NCBI GenBank assembly: GCA_021613535.1
Contig: CP075493.1
Location: forward strand, 5,766,001-5,830,000
Source of the DNA: Adineta vaga
Lineage: Eukaryota > Animalia > Rotifera
Direction: 5' to 3'
Length of the DNA stretch: 64,000 bases
The position numbers and the translations under genes are program-made. This document shows, one piece after another, positions 1 through 18,502 of this stretch (position 1 is the stretch's first letter; the number at the start of each line of letters is the position of its first letter). The notes under the pieces were generated by a model. The model was given only the letters and a program-made list of their open reading frames with translations. It ran no database searches and had not been told where the DNA came from.

Positions 1-1901
1 ATGATCATTTTGTCATTATATATATATGTCACTTCTATCATGTTTTTCTTTTCTTTTTTAAATAAGATCAAGATACTGTATTTAATGAACAATTTTGCAT
101 GCATATGTGTATGTTAGTCGATGAATATACTAATAAAGATTCTTTATACTAAATATCAAATGTTTATAGATTGAAAAAAGGAATTCTTGTTTTAGTATCA
201 TGACAACGGTTGCAAAATCGATCTCACTTATATTGTTGAGATGACATAACACGATATTTGAGGAAACACAGACTATTCTATAATCTACAGATTAGAATCA
301 GTAACAAATTTATCTGAATCCCGATAAATAATGTCTGAATCTCATCAGCAATAAAATTATATATGAGTTTTTCTTTTTCTTGATGACGCACGAACATTAT
401 TATTCTTTTCTTAATAATAAATCAAGAAGATAGCTTGCAGACTATAATATTCTTCATTTTTTCCTCTTAAACTAGAAATAGAATTGCGTGAGTATTAAAA
501 CGTTTCAAAAATAACTGAAAGAAAACAAACTCTAGACGTCACTCAATCGAGTAACTAAAAGACAAGATATAAACAACGAAAGAATGAATATATCTTTACA
601 CATGATGTCACAATTCTATTTCCTTTATTTATATCCTGTTGTAAGCTGATAATCTAGTATTTCGTATCAAGGTTGATTTGTTATAAATAGAAAAGCGAAA
701 TAACCTATTTATGATTTTTGTTATCAACAACTATATGCCAATAAATTGTGATAATTTTTCAAGATGCAAATGTCAGATGACGTTTATCTGATATTCATAC
801 AGAAGTTATCATTGAAAGTAAGTATAGAAAAATGACATATATACATATAGCACACCTACAATATTATTGATTTTAATCGTATACGTCCTCGTAACACTAT
901 ATCATAAGCGCTTGGTTTGCATTCTAATTGATTCACTTCTTTGTATCTAGACACTATGTGTAGCTTTTCTAATCCTTTTTCACACTTAAACAGATGTGAG
1001 AAAATGGTCACCATGCTCGAGGGCTCTCTTTTTTTTTCTGTGTCATTCGATCATTACAGTTAAACGAAAGCAGAAGAAGAGAAAAAGTCATAACTGTTTC
1101 AAACATCTGGTGTCCGTCTGATTTCAACTGATACCATGTCAAATTTACTAACCATCAAAACCAGATGGGTAAAATAGAAATTGCTTTCTTAAAATAAAAA
1201 GAAAACGAGGCCGATGAATCAATAATGATATTTCGATCACATGGAATCACTTTTCTTTACCACTCATCGTTCTGTATCTGCTTAACTTTATGTATAAAAT
1301 ACGGTAAACTAATTAGTCTTTTCTTCTATTGACTACAAAATACGCAATAGATTCGTACATATTACTATCATCATTAACATCATCAGACTATATTTTGTCA
1401 TAGGCGTAATACTATACGCTATCGTTACTGATCAACTGATATATAAACAATCAACCACGTGTTTATATATGTCTCTCGATTTATCTTTTTTCTCATGTGT
1501 ACCACACGCGAGATATATCACATACAAAATTCCAGCGAATAGTCTTATGACGCCGAGCAATAGCAAATCGTTGAGCGGGCATCATTTTGCCCGGGTAAAA
1601 AGACGAGAAAAAGAACGAGAAGGGAAAGCGAGAGAGGGGAGAGAGAGAGAAAAAAAGGAGAGCAGAGTACATCACGACTGACGCCGATATAAATGGCAAG
1701 CGCTCTGTTCTATTTAGCTTTTATTTCTATCGTGCGCGCGCACGGCGACTAACGAAAGTGTGTGTGTGTTGTGAGTGAGTGAAAGAAGAAAGAAAAAAAA
1801 GAAGATCGTCCATCAGTTAACAAATATTTGATGGGACTAAATTTATTCGATACGAAAACTTAATTCACTTATTATTACAATTAATTACACAAAAACGAAA
1901 A

Positions 1902-4908
<3,007 letters not shown>

Positions 4909-7500
4909 GGTTAGGAACAAAAATATCTTGATCAACACGTCATTTTGTTTCTTTGTTTTACTTTTATATACTTTTCCTTTCTTATCCTCTACAATTAGAA
5001 GAACTTTCTTTGTTATATCCATATACACCTTGAGTAGGATAGGTTATTTATCTTACCCAGTGATGATTTTTCTTCACCTTCTTTCCTTTTCCGTTCTACG
5101 CATTATTTCGATCTGACTTTCAGTATTGTTATTCTACTTCGTGGTTTTTTTTCTTTCTCTCTCACTCTCTTCATTTGTGAACATCAGGGTAGTCGCGATG
5201 CGTTTTTCGCAGTTGAAAGGTTGGGTTGTACACTTGACTAAGGAGGTGAATTATTGTTTAATTTGAGACGTTAAGTCTCGGATTCCAATCATTTCTTCGA
5301 TGTGTCTCTCATTCATTCTGTAGTGCGCGGTCCGACATTATATATATATATATTTGTTATAGTCTTGTTCCATATCTATTGTATATATTTCAAACATCTT
5401 CTCTTTCTCTTTCTCTCTCTTTTTCTTCTCTGTTCGTTGCCATTTTTGTGCCATTTCTTGTTCTTGCTCGAAGCATCAAAATGTAGTTAGGCAGCGATGA
5501 TATGATATTTTCATTATGTAAATATATATATGTTTCTGTATGTATCTGGATTCTTTTTGCGAAGCATAACACATTCATATAACTTGTGAATATCTACTCT
5601 TCTCTTTTTCTCTTTCTTTTTTTTGTTTGTTTTCACCTATACCGGTCTTTTGATCTTCTTTTGTTATAAACTTGTATTGATGTTTCCTTTGCGTTTTTTT
5701 TCTTCTTTTCTTCTCATGTCTGGGATGAAATTCAAGCGGACAGAGAAGTTTTCTGCGTAATGATGACCAAAGGCCATGTGCGGCATTATGTGTGATTTGT
5801 CGTCATTTTGTCACTTTCTTTCTCTCTTTTTCCTTCTTCTTCTTCTTCTTCTTCACGTCTTTATTCTTTTTTTTGTACGTAGATTGTTCGAGTTATTTCA
5901 TGGACTACACGCGAGATGTCTGGATAAGAGGAAAGAACTTGTTGTAGCGAGACAGATGAGTAAATGGAATTATTATTATTATGATTTAGTTTAAGTTAAC
6001 ATTTAAGAAAAACCAATAAAAGAAAGAAATATAGGATAAAAAAGAACTAAAATCGTTTCTTTCATTATTGATGGACATGAAGAAAGATAAGGAACTAATT
6101 TTAAGCTTAATATTATGCTGACCTACTTATGAAAATACAATTGTGCAATTACAAAACAAGCAACATCACATGCTTACGTGATAAGAAGAGAGTAGGAAGT
6201 AAATTGCGTCGATAAGAAAAATAACTAAGTTATAAATAAAAAGTATAATATCAATTTCTCACATGAGATTGATGAGTGGTTTTTTGATATTTCGTTGCTT
6301 ATTGTCGTTATCTTTTATGTTTCGAGAGAAAGAAATCAAGGCATACAAGACAAACAAAAAAGTCGTTACTATTTTCCATTGATTTACCGTCCGAACTAGT
6401 AATAAAACTTAAGATTGTCATTCTCACCTAGATGGCATAATATTATTCTATATACAATACTAGCATAACTTGAATACTTTGAAATGCACTCGATTGATTC
6501 AATACCTCGATGTAAAATATTACCATATTTGTTTTTTACTCTTTCATTTGAAATAACAAAATACTTATGAAAATATAGCAAAACATTTGAGATCAACGAT
6601 AATATGTCTTTTTATAGAAATCTATTAAATAATTTTAGCAATTATCAACATTCCAATAGAAGAAACAAAAACATAAGCAATTATTTTGTTTAATGTTAAT
6701 CATAAACGACACATTCATCGTTAAATCTGAATTGCGATCGATATTTCTTTTCATTTATCACGTAGAAAAGAAAGCTTAAATTATATATACATCTCTTCAT
6801 AGGAAGAGACGAAAGAAAAACAACCAGTTTGATAGCTGGATCTTATTGTACTTTTGACATTTAGTCGATTGTTACTCAATTGCGCAGATAGAAAATATAC
6901 ACGTGATGTTATTCAAAAGTCATCTACGCATGACCAGTATTAAGGAATGTTATTGATTGTACACCTATAACTATAATCGGAGTACAATTAATGAATGATG
7001 ATATCTATTGTAGTTTTGTTGATGAAGAAAAAAGAAAATGTTTTTTTGTTCCATGTAAATATAATGTCCGGAAACAACTTGAATACATTCGATTGATTGT
7101 TTTTCTTTAAAACGCAACCTCTGATTATAAAGATTGATCTTATGTTCTATAGGCACGACCTTTTATCATGGTAATAGTACATCCATAATCGTCATGAATA
7201 TTACTTCAATCCTACACATCGATATTGCTTGATATATATATATATTCAATAAACATTGTCCTTCGTGCTAATCTTGTTCCTACAATCGTTTTTCCAATTA
7301 ATATGACACAATAACACTCATATCATATAACAAGATTTCAATATCATGATTTATATTTATCATAGTTTTTCATGGACGATCAGAGGAATTGATTGAAAAT
7401 GTTTATTTCGATTATTAATCTCAATGACAGTATAAAATCAGTCGTTTGCTTTCATTTTAAAACATCTATTTCAACGATAAAATAACTAAAACATCATATC

Positions 7501-8202
7501 ATGTTGATTCTTAAAAGTACGATTATTATTCTTGTTGCTTTATTAGCGACAGTTCGTGGACAAAATCAATGTACAGCAGCAGCTATAGCAACATGTGGTA
7601 CCAATCCATGTGTTCAAACAGGTACTGCTTTCTCATGTCTTTGTCCCGATATGACATTGCAACCATCGGCAGCCGCTTGTACTGGTGGAGTAATTATAAC
7701 AACTACACAATCTCCAGTTGTTATACCAAATCAATGTGCTAATGCTGTTTGTCCTGCTGGTGCAACATGTATACCAACAAATCAAAATCCATCACTCTAT
7801 GTTTGCCTTTGTCCAAATAATATTATTGCAAATCCAGATTGTCCAACAACTCCATTACCGAATAATCCATGTTTAACGAATAACCCATGTGGCAACGGTG
7901 GAACTTGTGTTGTCAATCAATTGACTCTTCAAGCAGTTTGTATTTGTCCAACCGGTACTTATGGTCGAAACTGTTCTTATTCATGTCGTCCAGCCTGTGA
8001 TGTTAATTGGTAAGATTAGTTTAAAGAAAAAGAGACAAATTTTTTTCTACATTAATATTAAAGGTGTTACAATGGTGGTCGATGTGCTAATGCCTATGGT
8101 CAACCATACTGCTCTTGTGGACGAAATTATCGTGGTCGACGATGTGAACTTCGATATGACAACCATAATTATGTTTATTTATATCAAAATCCACGTTGGT
8201 AG
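7501..8202 (+). CDS. Small secreted EGF-like repeat protein (~215 aa, 2 exons)
   Basis: Signal peptide MLILKSTIIILVALLATVRG. About four EGF-like Cys modules (e.g. CLTNNPCGNGGTC..CICPTGTYGRNC; WCYNGGRC..CSCGRNYRGRRC). Intron 8010-8063 keeps frame; TAG at 8200-8202; no TM segment. Confidence 0.85.
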
Positions 8203-8631
8203 AGAAAAAAAGTTTCAGTTTTGATGGAAAAATTGTCGAATTTGATGAATAAATGAAAAAAAAACTTCGTTTAATTATTGTACATTTCATCTTTAAGAAA
8301 CTAACTCTTACAATCTAATTTTCCAATACATGTTACAAACGTATTTCTTCTCGAAATCAGTATTCTCTATTTGAAATTCCAAAGGTTGATATCCATTGAA
8401 ACAGAGAACGTCTAAAATTATCTCAAGTAATTTACTATCCCACTATCATGGCTATGTCGAACAGTCAATGAGAGATGATCGTTTAGACTAAAAATAAATG
8501 AAGATAGAATGCTGTAAGCAACATATTTTCGTGCGACATCTATATGTTTAGTTGCCAAGTAGCAAAACTGATGCGATGACTTCCATTTTCATATATTGCT
8601 GTCGGCATTCGATAAATATAACGAAAAAGTA

Positions 8632-10091
8632 ATGGCAGGAAATAGTCGTGGACGTGCACCAGGTGATTATATCAGTGTACCTCCAAATGCAGCTGCACAT
8701 GTTGATGCCTATTTTGAATATCGAGCGTAAGAATTCATTAGTAAATTATAATATTCTAATATTTATTTCCTGATAGGATTGTTGGTGATGATGATGGAGG
8801 GAAATTGTTTACACCAGAAGAATATGAAGCTTACAAGAGACGAGTTTTGCCAATGGTAGAAAGTGATTTATTGATTTTTTTAAGACAGATATTAAATTAC
8901 ACGAAAAAGAAACGAAGACAAATATTGACTGAAATCATAGTGTTTTTCAGTTTAGAAGATTGATCTTATACTAAGTTTCTAATTTGAATATTTTAAGCGC
9001 TTACACAATCGCGTATTCGTGGCATGGGTCAATCCACAAGGAATGGATTGTATTCTTATCGGACCTCAACATAAATGTCTTTGCCGACACAAGTAAAATA
9101 TTATATTGAAATTATCAAGAATTATTCTGTTTTTCTTCTTCTTTTGTTCAATCCAGATTTTCTGAACATAAAACTGATTTTCCAGAAATTCCACATGAAC
9201 GACCTATTCTCATTTCATGTCGTCAACCCGGTTGTCGTTGTGTATCATTTGAATATGTTGCTAATGCATCCGGTACAAGTGATCCTAATTGTCGTTGTAA
9301 ACATTCACTTGATACACATGGTACGAGACCACCTTACAAATGTCAAAAAAGTATGATAAATGAAGCACAAATTTCAATCGAATGTTAATAATAAAATTCT
9401 TATTTAAATTTTCTTGATAGATTGTAATTGTACTGGATTTAGTGCACCATTTACATGTACTTGTGGTGAATCAGCTAATAAACATATAACATTAGTTGAA
9501 ACAAAAGAAGAAAGAGAAAGACGTGGTCATCCAACTGGTTATGCTACACCTTATAAAGCTATGGGTGGTTTAACAGGTTTTAGTTCATTAGCTGAAGGTT
9601 ATCTCAGACTTGATCCAAGTGGTCGAGGTTAGAAAACGAGGGAAAAAAAGCACGTCCATGTTTCGTTTCAATGCTCTCTTTTTGTATAGGTCGACCCGAT
9701 GACGATTTTCTCAATCAACCAATTACAGCTATGGATCATCCAATACTTCGTGCACATGCATCTATGGATCCTAATAGTAACTATCGTGCTTCTACATACA
9801 AAATTGGATGATTTTGTTTTTCTTTTGCGTAAAAAAAGGTGCTGAAGCACAGTCGCAATTACGTCGTCCTGGTGAATCTGAACTCGATTATTATGAACGT
9901 CGCTATCAAGAACGAGTACAATCTATAATTCTTTTCTTCTGATAGTGTTATATTTTCATTGTTTTATTTAGCAACGTCTTTCACGTGGTATTCGTCCAGC
10001 ACCGAATCCATATGATACAAATGCACAATTGAAAACAGGCGTTCGATATGATCGATCACCACCACGACGTATTACTGGTAGTAAAAAATAA
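8632..10091 (+). CDS. FAM221A: FAM221A (DUF4475) protein, multi-exon
   Basis: Spliced translation AAHVDAYFEYRAIVGDDDGGKLFTPEEYEAYKRRVLPMRLHNRVFVAW..GMDC..IGP; C-terminal ETKEERERRGHPTG..PYKAMGGLTGFSSLAEGYLRLDPSG. Both match FAM221A as recalled. Confidence 0.9.
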
Positions 10092-10408
10092 AAAATAAAA
10101 CAATATTCACTTCGAAGAGAAAACTGGGTCGCTTTTGTATATTATTTTTCATTACTTTCTCAATAAAAGATAAACAAGCCGGTGATATAAAATGAATTTT
10201 TCTTATACTGCATCATTCTAATCAAAAAGTTTTTATAGGTATTGCAGAATACTAAATAAGTTTATTTCGAGAAATAAATATCACTAAATAGTCTTCATAT
10301 TAATTCATCAATCTTTTTTACGATATCATCATGTGTCATTTATATGACCGATGAACTTCTTTTCTTACTATTCATCGTCAAATTTCTCTCCTCTAACTTA
10401 CCCATAAG

Positions 10409-13400
10409 ATGAAACTGTTCAAATATTTATGTCATTTAAACTTATTCAAAAATGTAGATGATAATGAATATCAAAATCGTTCAAATATAGTTGCTACACG
10501 AATATATATCATAACATTTCTATTCGTTCTTATTAGTATTATCGTTACTCTTTGGTTAACTGTAGAAATCAATAGTATAACAATTAATAATCCAACACAA
10601 GAACAATTTCATACTTTTCCACATGATTCGCAATGTCCCTGTTCGCAATTATCTCTTTCCTATGGAACTTTCGTTACATTGAATGAAAAATTCCATCAAG
10701 TATGTTCAAGTGATTTTGTGTCTGATCGGTGGATTCAAATGCTCTTTACCGGTTCAAATACAAGCAATTTTTATCAATCGGATATTCGATTAATGGGTAG
10801 TTCATCATTTCAAGTGCTTGCTAGTCTTTGTCATCTGGCAAAGAAACGTGTTCAAGCTGATTTAAATTCTCTCTATGCTAGTCAATTCATTAGTACAAAC
10901 ATTCTCTATGATAATTTACTTCAATTAACAGTAGAAGCATCGATTCTTGAATTTAAATTAACAATGTCATTTCTATTTCAATCTCAACTTCATTTAATCA
11001 ATCAAATGATGTTTGCAAATCAATTAATGCCTGCACGAGAAACAACTTTTCATCTTTATTTTTATGATCAACTATATGCTGAGTCGACAACATTATCAAT
11101 TATCGAACGTGTATTCTTAGGAGCTAATAATTCTTATTGTTTGTGTTCTGGGAATTATTCTTGTAGTGAACAATCAGGAATATATTCTATCAATATAACT
11201 AACAACAGTTTAACAAAATCTTCTATTGTATCATTGATGACCATTCCAGGTTTTCTGGCTGGTTGTACATCGATTCATTCACTTATGCAATCAACTCTCG
11301 AATGTTTTTATGATCAATTATGCTTAAATACTATTCTTTCATATATAACTAATGAAGACAATTTTACTGCAATGTCTGAATTTGAATTAACTCATTTTCA
11401 AACAAATTCAACTATTCAAACAATCGTTGATCAGATGATGTTAGAAGATTTGACATATAATATATCTTATGAGAAATATTTTGCGCAATGTAAACCATTA
11501 ACATGTACCTATATGAATATGAAACGTCGAGATTTTGTTTATATTCTAACGAAAATTATTGGTTTACTTGGTGGATTAACAATCGTATTAGGATTGCTTA
11601 TTCCACTAATTGTTCGGTATATTCGCAATCGACGATTACAAAATGAATCAACACGTAAAACAAGTTGTAAGTGAAAATAAATTTCTTCAAAAATCTTCTA
11701 TAATTTTCTTTTTTCTAGTACGCATCAAATTTATCGAATATAAATCACGTATGAGTCATATTTTCAAAGAATTGAATATCTTCAAAACGAATTCTAATAA
11801 TAATTGTTACACTAATTATGAACGTCAAATTACACGAATATTTATACTTCTTCTTATAACATCATTTACAACTATCATTATCTATCTTCTATCTACTGAA
11901 GATATTTATCGCAAAAGTATTGTAAATCCAAATGAAACAACTTATATGAAATTAAAACAACAATATCATGATTATGTTAGTTGTCCATGTACACAATTAT
12001 CAACATCCTATGAGAAATTTCTTTCTATTACTCCAATTTATCATGAAATCTGTTCGAGTGATTTTATTTCATCTGAATGGATGGATTTTCTTGCATTATT
12101 TACATCATATACAATGGTAGCTGATTTACGGTATGAAATTAATTTACTTGCACAATTTAATATTCTTAATACATTTTGCATGAGTACTGCTCAGACAATT
12201 GAAGATGCTCGACGAATTTTTCTTCAAAATCAATATGTTACTTCGGAAATTATTGATGAAGATATCTTTCGAAATCATATATCTTCGTTAATTGATAATT
12301 GGAAAGCAAATATTCAGAATCAATACGTACGTTTAATTGATTTCATTCGAGAAACAAATCAAGGAAATAAATTGATTAATTATTTACATAATATCGATTT
12401 TAAATTAAATTTAACGACAAAAGAAATGCATTATAAATCTCTAAATTATTCAAATTGTTCTTGTGATTTATTTAGTTCATGTACGATGCCTATAGTTAAT
12501 GCATTACCAAGACGACTTTCTTTTGGTTATAGTCCTTCTTCTTTGAATATTCCTAATTTTTTCATTGGTTGTTTTCCTACGGAAGCACTTTTTCAATCAA
12601 CATTAGAATGTTTTGCTAATCAAACTTGCTTAAATAATATGATTGAATATATTTATGCAATTTACTTTGATTATGTCGTACCGAAAAATTTTATCATATT
12701 AAATATAACTGATCAACAACAAAATGAAACGATTGAAACAATTATTAATCGATTGATGGTTAATTCTTGGATAGAAAATATATCATTTTCTTCATATTAT
12801 AATTCATGTGCTCCAGTTTGTACGTATGAATATAAAAGTTATCGTCGTCTTATTGTTGTTCTTTCAACAGTAATAGGCGTATTTGGAGGATTAGCAAAAG
12901 GTTTAAAACTTCTTATTTCGATTATTATTATATGCATTGAAGATTTAGTCACTATCAATTCATTTGCTTCCGTGACACAACTAATGAAATGTATTTTTTA
13001 TGTAAATAATGATCAAACAAGAATGAATCGATTACATTTTTTATTCTTACTTATTACTTTAATAATTCTTTATCTTGTTTCATATTTATCTATACAAACA
13101 AAGACCATTGAAATCAATCAACCATCACTTTCTATTTATGAAGATTTAGTAAGACAATATCCGGAAAAATTAGAATGTTCATGTTCAAAAATATCCATTG
13201 AATATGAAACATTTTTTAGAATAAAACCACGTTTTCATCAATTATGTTCGAGTGATTTTATATCGAACGATTGGATTGTATATATTTATAAAAATAACAA
13301 TCAATCAATTTCCGAAGATTCTCAAAAAATCCTTCTTGGACAATATCAATTATTAGCATCATTTTGTCAGTTATCGAAGGAAACAGTTGAGAATGCAATT

Positions 13401-14096
13401 TTACAATTAGCTACAACTGATTATATTAATATGAAATTGATTCCTATTAATAGATTCTATGAACAAGTATATAAAATAAAGGATGATTTTGAACTACGTA
13501 CTGTTCAATCTTTTATCAATATTCTTGATCTTATTCGAGAAATGACTGCAAATAATCTGTTAATGACTATGCATTCAACAAATTGGAAGCATACTTCGAT
13601 TCAAAGAACTGCTCGTTATTGGGATTATCAAACAATTTCAATGAAATATAATCAATGTGATTGTGGATTATCACCGAAATGTATTCATTCATATAGAAAT
13701 ATGACATTTGGTTGTTATTCTTTAGAAACATTACTTCAGTCTACACTTCAATGTTTTTATAATCAAGAATGTATTGATTCAATGCAGTATTTTCAAGCAT
13801 TAAATTTTTCCACTAATAAAAGTCAATTTGATATTAATTCAACGGTAGAATTTATCTTAGAAAAACTTTTTATTGAAGAATATTATCTTGATATATCTTA
13901 TGATAATTACTTCAATCAATGTGCTGTATCATCATGTAGTTATTCATTGTGTGGAAATGGAAATCCGATCGATACGGCAGTTATGTTAATCGAACTTTTT
14001 GGTGGTTTATCAATAATTTCTCATTGGCTAATTATTGGAATTGTTCGATTTCATCAATATCTTAAGCAACGACAAATAAAATTAGAGATGTCTTGA
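10409..14096 (+). CDS. Uncharacterised ~1211-aa membrane protein built from three tandem TM-Cys-rich ectodomain-TM units
   Basis: ORFs 10409-11674 and 11610-14096 join in frame via intron 11667-11718 (gtaagt...ttttctag). Each unit repeats the motifs TR/NR-TM1, CPC/CSC, H(Q/E)xCSSDF, CxC..C, GC, QSTL(E/Q)CF, Y(F/Y)xxC..C(T/S)Y and xxGGL-TM2. Confidence 0.85.
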
Positions 14097-15524
14097 TAGT
14101 ATATATATATATATCAACTTTTGCGAAGTAATCATTTATTTGTTGTGTAAAATATGAAAATGTGAAAAGTATTTAATAATAATAATTTTTAATCAATAAA
14201 TATGATCGATACTTATGAAATCGTCCTCGTATAGCAATCGAATGAGTATGTGTGAGTGTGCCTATAGTTTAATATAACACCCTTACATCCTCTCCCGAGC
14301 TCAATGAATGCTCAATGCTAATATAGTGGCACATGTATATAGGAGGTAATACTTATAAACTCAACTCGTTTAAATGAATTTATGTATGCGGTATTCGTTC
14401 GCAACTGAATACGATTGCGCAGGGTGCTTTAAGACTGAGTGTGTTTGGCCGAAGATGATTTATTGACTGAATTTGAATCATTTTCAGGAATATTATCAAA
14501 AATATTGTTCAAATTTAAAACTGTACTCCATTAATCTTACGAGTTGTAGAATATCTTTGTTTGAATTTATTGATTTTAATATCCATCTGTTCAAGAAAAA
14601 GGATGAATATGGTTTATTGGAAGCAAAGAGTACATATGAAAAACAATTATATTTGATATAACAAGAAGAGATATTTCTAAGCATCTCTTCATATACGAGA
14701 TTCATTTCTGGATCACCATGAAGAGTAGATTTTTTACTTTCAGAGTTATTTCAGTCTTATGAAAACATTAACAGCATTTGCAGGGTATGTATAATTTGTA
14801 TGATTGGGCATACAAAGAAACATACGAAAATGAATGACAAACTTAAATGAAGAATGTGCGCGTGGGTATTTATATTAATCTATAGGCATACTCATCCCAT
14901 CTCGCTATTATTAGGAAATGGTTTACTGCCACGGATGGGTGCATTTAGAATGACTGATCTACTATCAACAGCACACGTATAATACTAAAGATGAACAATT
15001 TATCGTAATGTTCTTTATACTGAAAAGATTCAATGATTCAAGTACCAGTACATCAACGTTATTGTAAAACGAATATCTGACTAACTTCACTCTTGGGTAT
15101 TGCACTATATAAATTGTTGACATTATACTTTACTTTATATATACAAATGAACTGTGTCATCATGCTGATCCTGAATGCACGCATCGAATAATGAAGCGTA
15201 GATGGCGTTATCATCTAATATATAAAATATCTAAAGCCATCTATCACTTTGAAAGAAATTTCAACGAAATATTGTTAAAAAACATCTTCTCATGCAAAAT
15301 AATTAAAAGAAAAAAAATTAAAAAAATTGAAAAAAAAATATATTGTTTGTTGACTTCGGTTGCTCACCTACCATCGATATGGCTCCTTTGATCATCACCC
15401 ACCATCGACAACGACAAGATGAAAGAAATAAGCAATACACCCACATGATTCTTAACAAAAGATGATAATGGATGAATAAATCTTATAAACTTTGTTTTCT
15501 AGATCATTTCCTTTTTAGTTTCAG

Positions 15525-16274
15525 ATGAATCATCCAACAACTGCAACAATCAATAAACTAACAGACTATGATAAACTACAACAAATCCTGGATAAAGTAC
15601 GTGATATGAAACAAGCTCTTGCTGGCTTCTTCATTGAATATGAACGTGGTCAACTATCATGGCCAACAATTCTTGATCAAATGAGTCTTCTGTCTTCACA
15701 AATTACAACATTACGTGCATCAGTACGACATATTTTACCATCATTACGTACCAATTCTATTGTACCTATGTGTTTATCACCTGATAATGATGTAAATGTT
15801 GAACATTTAACTGAAAGACGTCTCTCAGTATTTAATCATGATTTCATGCCTCAATTATTACGTACCAAAAATTTACCTGAAATTGAAGAACGTGAACGTT
15901 TATTAAATGTCAATTCCACTAGTAATAATCTCGGTAGTACATATGGTCGTCCAATGTTAAATCCAAATGAAATTCAAATGCGTATACAAGAATTAAATTC
16001 AGCTTTACATAGTACAACTGATATTCTTCTACAAACGAAAGCAGCAACAGAGAAAACAGAAAAACAATTTGATTTACAACGTTTTACGAATCCAGCTGAA
16101 ACAAAACAATTATTAGACGCAATGAATTATGGTACAGTTCTTAAAACACCGGATACATCCGCATCTATAGCACGAAATGAACAAGCTAATATGAATCAAC
16201 AAATGTCAACTCAACCACAACGAGCAGCAGCTCCATCTCTAAGAATAAAAACAGTTGCAAAAGCAAATCGATGA
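15525..16274 (+). CDS. MED8: Mediator of RNA polymerase II transcription subunit 8
   Basis: Single-exon 249 aa with LSWPTILDQMSLLSSQ, VPMCLSPDND..LTERRLSVFNHDFMPQLLRTK..PEIEE, matching MED8 as recalled. Confidence 0.88.
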   Translation: MNHPTTATINKLTDYDKLQQILDKVRDMKQALAGFFIEYERGQLSWPTILDQMSLLSSQITTLRASVRHILPSLRTNSIVPMCLSPDNDVNVEHLTERRLSVFNHDFMPQLLRTKNLPEIEERERLLNVNSTSNNLGSTYGRPMLNPNEIQMRIQELNSALHSTTDILLQTKAATEKTEKQFDLQRFTNPAETKQLLDAMNYGTVLKTPDTSASIARNEQANMNQQMSTQPQRAAAPSLRIKTVAKANR

Positions 16275-16514
16275 AACAATAAATACCAATTTCTTTATGA
16301 TCATTTATGTACATGTTTATTAACTCAAGTTTTTTTTCTTCTTCTTCTAGATTTAAATATTTATCTCTTTTTATCAACGAGATATCAAGTATGAGAGAAA
16401 AACGAATCTTTCTCTAAATATATATATACATATATATATAAATACGTATATATTTATTTTATTTGATCAACATCAATTAATTAAAATAGAATATCGAAAC
16501 ATAGAATTATCAAT

Positions 16515-18502
<1,988 letters not shown>

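Noticed and set aside
5110-5300. Short hairpins in the MNK 3' UTR (e.g. gagac-gttaa-gtctc)
   Set aside because: Stems are too short to distinguish from chance; no known RNA family recognised.
14270-14760. Possible MITE (caccct...agggtg) and a decayed ORF 14473-14661
   Set aside because: The inverted match is only ~6 bp and the ORF has no recognisable motif.
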